Shown here piece by piece: positions 9,113 to 15,415 of a stretch of DNA of 25,060 nucleotides. Where the stretch lies: IMG/VR virus record IMGVR_UViG_3300027234_000016, positions 1 through 25,060 of that record, one strand, 5' to 3'. Each line of letters starts with the position of its first letter. Positions within the stretch are counted from its first letter, which is position 1. Both the position numbers and the translations under genes were made by a program. The notes beneath the pieces are model-generated. The model saw only the letters and a list, made by a program, of their open reading frames with translations, did not search any database and was not told where the DNA came from. This DNA comes from a virus. Lineage: Duplodnaviria; Caudoviricetes.

Positions 9113-9311
9113 AAAATTTATTGAAGAGAAATGGCTAACCCGCTACCTCAAATACTTGGCTACCTGGCGTAAACATCGTCAAATTATTAAAGAGTTAAAC
9201 ATGCTGACAGACCGTGAACTACGGGATATCGGAATTAATCGTAGTGATATTAACCATCTTATCTGGCAAGAAGAAGATGAAGCTATTAGTGGAAAAGGAA
9301 AATCCAAATGA
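9099..9311 (+). CDS. DUF1127 (YjiS-like) small protein
   Basis: WRKHRQIIKELNMLTDRELRDIGINRSDI matches the W...R....EL..L.D..L.DIG..R signature. Confidence 0.85.
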   Translation: MLKFKKFIEEKWLTRYLKYLATWRKHRQIIKELNMLTDRELRDIGINRSDINHLIWQEEDEAISGKGKSK

Positions 9312-9490
9312 ACGAAGAAGAGCAACTGGACGAAATGATTCAGGAAATGTTTGAAGGTTATCTTGACGGTGGTCTTGACTTTACAGCCAGTCAAAGTCTG
9401 GAGGATATCTTTAAGGGTATCTTCTCTGATGCTGTAAAGATGACTATTGATGTCTTGGAAGAAGCAGAAGATGATGAAGAGGAAGGTTAA
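9308..9490 (+). CDS. hypothetical highly acidic protein
   Basis: 60 aa, about one third D/E; AAGGA RBS, ATGA overlap. Confidence 0.65.
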   Translation: MNEEEQLDEMIQEMFEGYLDGGLDFTASQSLEDIFKGIFSDAVKMTIDVLEEAEDDEEEG

Positions 9491-9717
9491 TGTACTTTGT
9501 TATTGGTAAAAGCGACTGCCCCTACTGTGATAAGGCAAAAGCACTACTAGAAAAAGATAACACCGCTTACGTTTATAAAGACTTAAATCGACTTCCCGCA
9601 GAGAAAAGAGAACTGTGGAAACAAGTCATTAAGACAGAACTTAACAAGACAACTGTGCCAGTGGTTTTTAACCTTATTGGCGGCTATGATGAACTCAAGG
9701 AACTATTAAATGACTGA
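9490..9717 (+). CDS. glutaredoxin
   Basis: CPYC active site, TVP cis-Pro motif, IGGYDEL; near nrdJ. Confidence 0.92.
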   Translation: MYFVIGKSDCPYCDKAKALLEKDNTAYVYKDLNRLPAEKRELWKQVIKTELNKTTVPVVFNLIGGYDELKELLND

Positions 9718-9925
9718 TACTAAAACTGCTTTTAACATTGATGACGTTGAATACTTTGTTGAAGACCTAAGTGACGAAGGCCGAACTAAGCTTAGCCTTA
9801 TTAACTTTGCTATGAGGGAACTCTCTCACTACCAAGCCTTGGCAAACATTCTAATGATCTCCAAAGATAAGCTGGTTAATGAACTCAAAGAAAGCCTAGA
9901 GAATGCCAAAACGGACGAAGGTTGA
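9710..9925 (+). CDS. hypothetical protein, DUF6447-like
   Basis: IDDVEY.VEDLSDEGR...I.F followed by an amphipathic helix; family recalled from memory. Confidence 0.55.
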   Translation: MTDTKTAFNIDDVEYFVEDLSDEGRTKLSLINFAMRELSHYQALANILMISKDKLVNELKESLENAKTDEG

Positions 9926-10316
9926 GAAGCGAGGGCCAGGGAGACCTAGTACTAAGATACGTCTAAAAGCTGACCCCAAGGTCTCCAAGGAAAAGTACTA
10001 CAAACGTTACGGGGAGCTAGGGGTGTGTTGTGTGTATGGTGTTGATACCTTCACAGAAGAACTTATCGACTACCTCTGGAAGAAACCTGACATCTCTTTT
10101 GTTGTCACTGATCCTATCGAAGCTACCCTCTCTAATGCTACTCGTAAGTACGGGGCAAGGTCTTTCTCCCTCTATCGTTGGGAGGCAGTCCACCACCAAG
10201 GCTTTCTTGAGGAGGCTCAAGGGATGGTTGTTGTAGTAGCTAAGGCTTACCACGAGACTCTTAAGAACCTACCTAACCCTAATAAAGTTGAGATCGTTAT
10301 GCTGGAAGACCTTTGA
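9903..10316 (+). CDS. hypothetical protein with N-terminal AT-hook-like motif and alpha/beta domain
   Basis: KRGPGRP N-terminus; alternating strand/helix pattern (VYGVD, VVTDP, VVVVA). Confidence 0.6.
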   Translation: MPKRTKVEKRGPGRPSTKIRLKADPKVSKEKYYKRYGELGVCCVYGVDTFTEELIDYLWKKPDISFVVTDPIEATLSNATRKYGARSFSLYRWEAVHHQGFLEEAQGMVVVVAKAYHETLKNLPNPNKVEIVMLEDL

Positions 10317-10522
10317 TGAATAGTACTGAAACGTTTATCCCCTACAACCAAAATAAAGACTACATTATGGTTGAGTTTGTAGAAATGAAGAAGAAAGAAG
10401 GTGATGCCTTCCACGACATTATGGTTGTTAGTTATCTTAACGAAGACTATGAACTCTACTGGGATCACTACCACTCTTACTACACTGGTAAACTAGGAAA
10501 CATCGAAGGGTTTATCCCTTAA
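10313..10522 (+). CDS. hypothetical protein
   Basis: 69 aa, overlaps the upstream stop; last gene before the large hairpin. Confidence 0.6.
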   Translation: MMNSTETFIPYNQNKDYIMVEFVEMKKKEGDAFHDIMVVSYLNEDYELYWDHYHSYYTGKLGNIEGFIP

Positions 10523-10526
10523 ACAA

Positions 10527-10595
10527 ACCCCCTCTCTGGTATCTTCTTGGCTTCGGCTGGGAGGGTACTAGGGAGGGGGTACCTCTTTTTTTTTT
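10527..10595 (+). terminator. long hairpin plus T10 tract ending the replication gene block
   Basis: 25-bp stem 10527-10551/10556-10580, C(TTCG)G loop, T run 10586-10595. Confidence 0.7.
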
Positions 10596-10612
10596 GCTTT
10601 ATGTTGCCATAA

Positions 10613-10689
10613 GGTTCCTTAGCTCAGTTGGATAGAGCAAGTCACTTCTAATGACTAGGTCATAGGTTCGAATCCTATAGGGACCGCCA
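10613..10689 (+). tRNA. tRNA-Arg (anticodon UCU)
   Basis: acceptor GGTTCCT/AGGGACC, D arm GCTC/GAGC, anticodon arm AGTCA-CTTCTAA-TGACT, T arm ATAGG-TTCGAAT-CCTAT, encoded CCA. Confidence 0.95.
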
Positions 10690-10717
10690 ACAACAACAAC
10701 AACACAGTTGTCATAAC

Positions 10718-10804
10718 AGTTGTCATGGGTTTATCTGTGAAAAAAGCTTACTACAGGCGTCATAAGCACCTTCATGGTGGGGTTCGACTCCCCAGACAAC
10801 TCCA
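10718..10804 (+). ncRNA. tRNA-like element / degenerate tRNA (possible CAU anticodon)
   Basis: AGTTGTC/GACAACT acceptor-like stem, perfect T arm TGGGG-TTCGACT-CCCCA, 3' CCA; D and anticodon arms non-canonical. Confidence 0.55.
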
Positions 10805-10820
10805 TAAAAACATCATAAGA

Positions 10821-10844
10821 AAATTACCTGACGTTTAAGAATAA
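10821..10844 (+). promoter_or_regulatory. conserved 24-bp motif, copy 3
   Basis: AAATTACCTGACGTTTAAGAATAA, upstream of the structured element and the packaging genes. Confidence 0.6.
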
Positions 10845-10860
10845 CTTTGCTAAAGCTCTG

Positions 10861-11012
10861 CCAAAGTGATACGCTGGGACTCTCTACTGACATCTGAAAG
10901 AGAACCTCCCCAGGGAAGACCGTAAAGGCTCCTCCTGATGACCCCCCGAAGATGTCCCCTCTATACACTTGCTTGTATATACAGCACGGGGGGTTATTGA
11001 GTATCACTTTGG
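10861..11012 (+). ncRNA. putative structured non-coding RNA (multi-branch junction)
   Basis: perfect 12-bp closing stem CCAAAGTGATAC/GTATCACTTTGG enclosing three hairpin arms, including a 13-bp stem 10936-10948/10987-10999. Confidence 0.55.
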
Positions 11013-11244
11013 TACCTTTAGTGTAAGAATTATTTAGAGAGATTTTAGTAAATATTTGTAGTTTTTAGTTGGTAGTAAGTCTTGTTTTATTCTTTGGTTT
11101 TTATGAAGAATAAAAGTGGATTTATTATAGTTTTCAAGGTAATGTTTTGTTTATTTTGTAAACTTTTAATAACAAAGAAAAAATTTTAAAAACATAAAAT
11201 ATCTTCCCAACACAACCTGTGTTAAAACCTGAAAGGAGGCCAAC

Positions 11245-11592
11245 ATGCCAGACAATCGTAAAAATAAAACTGGAGGGCGCAAGCCAGGGGCTGGTCGTCC
11301 TAAAGGCGCTAAGAACATTAACTCTATGGCATCAGTGAGAAAGCTTGAAGAGCTTGGCTTTGATCCTATTGAGATGATGGTAAAGAAATATAATGACATC
11401 CAAGCTAGGTTAAATGAACTAGATGCTCAAGGCAGAGGTGGCAGCGGTGCTTACGCTCAGATGACTGCTACCCAAGGTACTCTCATCAACAACCTCATGG
11501 CTTACGGTTACAAGAAAATCCCTGATAAACTTGAACAAGAGATTACGGAAAAGAGACCGATTTCTATTGTTCTTACTGATAACAAAAAATAA
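11245..11592 (+). CDS. terS: probable terminase small subunit
   Basis: GGRKPGAGRPKGAKN N-terminus, helical core (FDPIE), AAGGAGG RBS, upstream of terL. Confidence 0.7.
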   Translation: MPDNRKNKTGGRKPGAGRPKGAKNINSMASVRKLEELGFDPIEMMVKKYNDIQARLNELDAQGRGGSGAYAQMTATQGTLINNLMAYGYKKIPDKLEQEITEKRPISIVLTDNKK

Positions 11593-11605
11593 AGAGGGAA
11601 AACCT

Positions 11606-11890
11606 ATGAGTGAATCAGGGGATGACGATTGGCACCTGTCTAAGAGTGTACCAATTTCTTTTATCTTAGCAATATTACTACAAACTCTTGGTGTAGTTTG
11701 GTTTATGTCGGGTCTTGAGGCAAGTGTTACTCTCAATGCAAGAGACATTGCTAGGTATGAGATTCGTTTAGCAGCAGTTGAAAAGACACAAAATGAGTTA
11801 GCCATACTTAACGCTCGTATTGATGAGAATATTAAAGCTATTCGTGATATGATGGAAACACCTCGCAACTCTCAAAAAGCGGGGCAATAA
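11606..11890 (+). CDS. single-TM coiled-coil protein (holin/XhlA-like candidate)
   Basis: WHLSKSVP, then a hydrophobic helix (ISFILAILLQTLGVVWFM), then a coiled coil; ATG 11606 follows GAGGG. Confidence 0.6.
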   Translation: MSESGDDDWHLSKSVPISFILAILLQTLGVVWFMSGLEASVTLNARDIARYEIRLAAVEKTQNELAILNARIDENIKAIRDMMETPRNSQKAGQ

Positions 11891-11895
11891 CTACT

Positions 11896-12540
11896 ATGAT
11901 AAAATTTGTCACAGGTAAGTTGATTAAGCGCTTTTCATCTAAAACAATGTCTGCTGCCCAAAAAAGGGCCCTTGCTAAAGCTGTTAAGGCTTCGGCAGCG
12001 GCAAGAAAATTGTCTACTAAAACAACAACTAAGGTCGTTAGTAAGCGCACAGCAAAGAAACTCAACAAGCTTAGTGCTCGTATTTCAGCTAATAAGTCAG
12101 CTATTAAGAGAAATGCAACCGGTAAAGATAGTGTAATTAGATTGCAAAGAGAGGATGGCTCAGGCTTTGCAATGAAAAGGATTGTTCCACCTAAAAAGGT
12201 AGGAACCCATAAAGGAAAACCTTTCCCTGTACAACCCTCGCAGGATATCAAGAAGCTAAGAAAAGCCTTTGAAGGAAAGCCCATTGAGTTCGAAACCCTT
12301 GATTTTGATCAAAGCATGAACTTTGGTTTTAAAGACTACAAGCAAGCTAATAAGTACTTTACGAAGAGTGAGCTTGACTGGTACAAGAAGCGGAATTACA
12401 CCCTTCAGAAGGTGTCTAATGTTAAAATCAATGCTGTGAATAACTCTCAGTTAGCGTTCACTACAAGCAAAGCTTTGATGAGGTCACAAAAAGAGTCCCT
12501 TGAGCTAGCCAGAAAGTATGAGAAGCTGTCGAGGAGATGA
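11896..12540 (+). CDS. basic paralog family member 1 (with globular, possibly ART-like domain)
   Basis: MSAAQKRALAKAVKASA motif; clearly homologous to 12545..13171. Confidence 0.75.
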   Translation: MIKFVTGKLIKRFSSKTMSAAQKRALAKAVKASAAARKLSTKTTTKVVSKRTAKKLNKLSARISANKSAIKRNATGKDSVIRLQREDGSGFAMKRIVPPKKVGTHKGKPFPVQPSQDIKKLRKAFEGKPIEFETLDFDQSMNFGFKDYKQANKYFTKSELDWYKKRNYTLQKVSNVKINAVNNSQLAFTTSKALMRSQKESLELARKYEKLSRR

Positions 12541-12544
12541 CTAA

Positions 12545-13171
12545 ATGATTATAAAAAGACTAGCCAAGCTGGCTTATAGAATGACACCTAGACGTAAAGC
12601 AGCCCTTGCTAAAGCTGTTAAAGCTTCTGCTTTAGCTCGGAAGAAAGCACCCACCACAAGAGCTGCTAAAAAGCTAGCAACGATAAGTTCAAAACTTTCT
12701 GCTACTAACAGTTCTCTCGCTAAGCTTAAGAAGGGCACTGTGTCGGTCTATAGGCTTGAGAATAAAAAGGGTCAAGGCCCACTAATGGGCAACAACGTTA
12801 GACACTATGCTGCCATGCCTCGTGGAACTAAGATGGGCTACAAGGTATCCCCCGTTAGTGACTACAATCGTAGACGTGCTGCTATGCTTAAAAAGTTAGC
12901 TCCGAAGGGTACACCCTTTGAAGAGATCAAGTTTAAGAAAGGTGATAAGTTTGCCTTTTCCTCTGTAGACCAAGCAAAGAAGTACTTCAGTGAGGGTGAG
13001 CAAGCTTTCCTTAAAACAAGAGGCTTTAACCTCGTTCGTAAAGACAATGTTAACCTCGTTGGCTCTACCGCAACACAAGTCTCCTACAACCAAAATAAAG
13101 ACATAATCAAGCTACAAAACGAGGCTGTCAAGCTAGCCAAAAAGTATGAGAAGCTGTCTAAGAAAGTATAG
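12545..13171 (+). CDS. basic paralog family member 2 (with globular, possibly ART-like domain)
   Basis: MTPRRKAALAKAVKASA motif; VYRLE..G.GP, FAFSS..Q, TQV.Y; GAGGAG RBS. Confidence 0.75.
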   Translation: MIIKRLAKLAYRMTPRRKAALAKAVKASALARKKAPTTRAAKKLATISSKLSATNSSLAKLKKGTVSVYRLENKKGQGPLMGNNVRHYAAMPRGTKMGYKVSPVSDYNRRRAAMLKKLAPKGTPFEEIKFKKGDKFAFSSVDQAKKYFSEGEQAFLKTRGFNLVRKDNVNLVGSTATQVSYNQNKDIIKLQNEAVKLAKKYEKLSKKV

Positions 13172-13178
13172 AAATAGT

Positions 13179-14510
13179 ATGACAGAAATTAGTTTACATG
13201 AGAAGCAGTCGGAAGTAATTAGAGATCTATTTGTAGACCACACCTGTCGTTACTCTGTGGTGAATGCTAGCCGTGGCTTTGGTAAGTCCTACCTTGCTGC
13301 TACTGCTGCTATCCTTGCTGTGCAAGAGCTTATGAACCTTCCTGATGAAGTTCCAAACAAGAACGTTGCCCTTATTGCCCCTACCTACTCCCAGGCTGTG
13401 GATATCTACTATCCCTTGATTGCTTGGCAGCTAGGTATGGAAGACTTCGCTGATAAGTCCTCTAAGGCTTCTGGCACGTTCTGGTTTCCTGGGAATGTCC
13501 AGCTTAAGCTTTGGTCCTATGAAGCATCACAACGTATGCGTGGTACTGGCCAATACTTTGTAGTAGCCGATGAGGTTACTTCTTGGAAGGGCGCTGGTAT
13601 GAACCTCAAGGAATCTTGGGAGTCTATCATCCAGCCTTGTGTGGCTACTCGTTGGTCCCCAAAGAACTCTAAGAAATATGGGGCTAACCCTGGTAGAGCA
13701 CTTATTATTAGTACTCCCAGTGGTTATGACTACTTCTATGACATGTACAACAGACAAGATTCTGATGATAGTTGGAAGAGCTATACTTACACTTATAAAG
13801 ACTCCCCTTTTCTGGATGAAGAAGAGATTGGTCGAGTTAAACTAACACTAGACCCTTTAAAGTTTGCTAGAGAGTATACTGCTAGCTTTGAAGACTCTGG
13901 TAGTAACGTATTCTACACATTTAATAGACAAGAGCATATCAACAAAGACCTCCCTTACTTTGATGTAGGGGAAGACGTCCACGTTGCTATCGACTTTAAC
14001 GTTGGTATTATGGCTTCTGTAATCTTTGCTTTAAGAGGTGGACAAATCCACATTCTAGACGAGATGCAAGGGCACCCTGACACAGAGACCTTGGCTGCAG
14101 CTTTAAAAGAGCGCTTCAAGGGACAAAAGATAATCTCCTACCCTGACCCTAGTGGTCGCGCTAGGAAGTCTTCTGCCGCTGTTGGTACAACGGACTTTAG
14201 TATTCTACAAGGTAACGGTATCTCAACCAGAGCTCACAACAAGGCCCCACCTATTATTGACTCTGTTGCTGCTGTTAACAAGAAGTTCAAGAATGCGAAC
14301 GGTGATGTAGACATGTATGTTCACCCTAAGTGTACAAACACAATTAAATCGCTAGAGCGAACCCAGTGGATAGAAAGCAATCCTGATAGTGCTACCATTG
14401 ACAAAAAAGAAGGCGTGGAACACTGGACCGATGGTCTACGCTACGCTGTCGAGTACCTGTTCCCAATTAGGTCAGGTGCTAAGGTAACAACAAGAGGCTT
14501 CGGCTTCTAA
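13179..14510 (+). CDS. terL: terminase large subunit
   Basis: LHEKQ adenine-binding motif, Walker A ASRGFGKS, Walker B VVADE, ISTP coupling motif, RNase H-like nuclease (AIDFN, YPDPSG, HWTDGLRY); start set at ATG 13179. Confidence 0.93.
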   Translation: MTEISLHEKQSEVIRDLFVDHTCRYSVVNASRGFGKSYLAATAAILAVQELMNLPDEVPNKNVALIAPTYSQAVDIYYPLIAWQLGMEDFADKSSKASGTFWFPGNVQLKLWSYEASQRMRGTGQYFVVADEVTSWKGAGMNLKESWESIIQPCVATRWSPKNSKKYGANPGRALIISTPSGYDYFYDMYNRQDSDDSWKSYTYTYKDSPFLDEEEIGRVKLTLDPLKFAREYTASFEDSGSNVFYTFNRQEHINKDLPYFDVGEDVHVAIDFNVGIMASVIFALRGGQIHILDEMQGHPDTETLAAALKERFKGQKIISYPDPSGRARKSSAAVGTTDFSILQGNGISTRAHNKAPPIIDSVAAVNKKFKNANGDVDMYVHPKCTNTIKSLERTQWIESNPDSATIDKKEGVEHWTDGLRYAVEYLFPIRSGAKVTTRGFGF

Positions 14511-14520
14511 AGAAAAACAA

Positions 14521-15415
14521 AAGGAATAAAACTATGCCCTATGAAAAAGTAGGCCTTAAAGGCCAAATCAAAAGCAAGATTAACAAAGGTAAGCTTAACG
14601 TTAAAAGCGCTGCTAGCAGTGCCTATAAAATGACTTCGGCTCGTAAAGCAGCTTTGATGAAGGCCGTTAAGGCGTCTGCTCTTGCTCGTGCAGCTAAAGG
14701 TAAGTTCAATAAGGCTGGTGGTAACACCGCTATGCTTCGTGCTCAGATGAAAGCTAAAGGTGCCGCTAGTAAAGCGGGTGCTGTTGCTCGTACTGCTAAA
14801 GCTATCACCAAAGGCAAAGGCGTTGTAGGTGGTGCTAAGGCTTTGATTCAGACTAGGAAGAATGTTTCTGCCAATAAAACTAAAGCGAAGGCTCTTAGCA
14901 AACGCCAGACTTTAAGAAACGTGCGTCGTAGAGAAAATGAGAACCGTAGGGCACAACATAAAGCAAACCTTACCAACATATATACAAAAGCTGCAAATAG
15001 ACAAGCGGGGGATTCTCGCAACGCTGTCACTTCAATGGCTAAGCGAGTAGCTACGAGAAACGCTATTAAATCCGCAAATAAACAAGCTGGTGCTTCTCGC
15101 AACGCTGCCCCGTCTGGCACCCTTGGCCGTGGTGTAGCCGCCCGTCAAGCAGCTGCTCGTCGGAACCGTGCTTACAAAAGAAGCTTGAAGCGTTAATCTT
15201 GAAGAAGGAATAAAACTATGCCCTATGAAAAAGTAGGCCTTAAAGGCCAAATCAAAAGCAAGATTAACAAAGGTAAGCTTAACGTTAAAAGCGCTGCCAG
15301 CAGTGCCTACAAGATGACCTCTGCCCGTAAAGCAGCTTTGATGAAGGCTGTAAAAGCCTCGGCTCTTGCTCGTGCAGCTAAAGGTAAGTTCAATAAGGCT
15401 GGTGGTAATACTGCA
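14521..15415 (+). repeat. tandem gene duplication (offset 684 nt)
   Basis: 14521-14613 is identical to 15205-15297 (93 nt including the RBS); similarity continues with synonymous changes only through codon 66. Confidence 0.9.
14534..15196 (+). CDS. basic paralog family member 3 (Lys/Ala/Arg-rich, histone H1/protamine-like composition)
   Basis: 220 aa with very few acidic residues; MTSARKAALMKAVKASA motif; AAGGA RBS. Confidence 0.8.
   Translation: MPYEKVGLKGQIKSKINKGKLNVKSAASSAYKMTSARKAALMKAVKASALARAAKGKFNKAGGNTAMLRAQMKAKGAASKAGAVARTAKAITKGKGVVGGAKALIQTRKNVSANKTKAKALSKRQTLRNVRRRENENRRAQHKANLTNIYTKAANRQAGDSRNAVTSMAKRVATRNAIKSANKQAGASRNAAPSGTLGRGVAARQAAARRNRAYKRSLKR

Noticed and set aside
10718-10804. 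tmRNA or tRNA-Sec
   Set aside because: No G3-U70 alanine identity pair or tag reading frame, and no UCA anticodon arm or extended acceptor stem.
10824-10838. CtrA box (TTAA-N7-TTAA) as the explanation for the 24-bp motif
   Set aside because: Only copy 3 approximates it (TTAC-N7-TTAA); across copies the spacer is the conserved part and the half-sites vary, the opposite of a CtrA site.
10935-10960. CTGATGA, resembling a hammerhead ribozyme core
   Set aside because: No stem II followed by GAAA and no correctly placed stems I/III; these bases are better explained as part of the P4 stem.
10861-11012. Cobalamin riboswitch (GGGAAG and AGACC fragments, and a B12-dependent RNR in the genome)
   Set aside because: The conserved elements are incomplete and not in the expected arrangement, and the element is not upstream of a B12-related gene.
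11213-11230. Possible fourth copy of the 24-bp motif (ACCTGTGTTAAAA) before terS
   Set aside because: It needs an indel in the invariant core and the flanks do not match.
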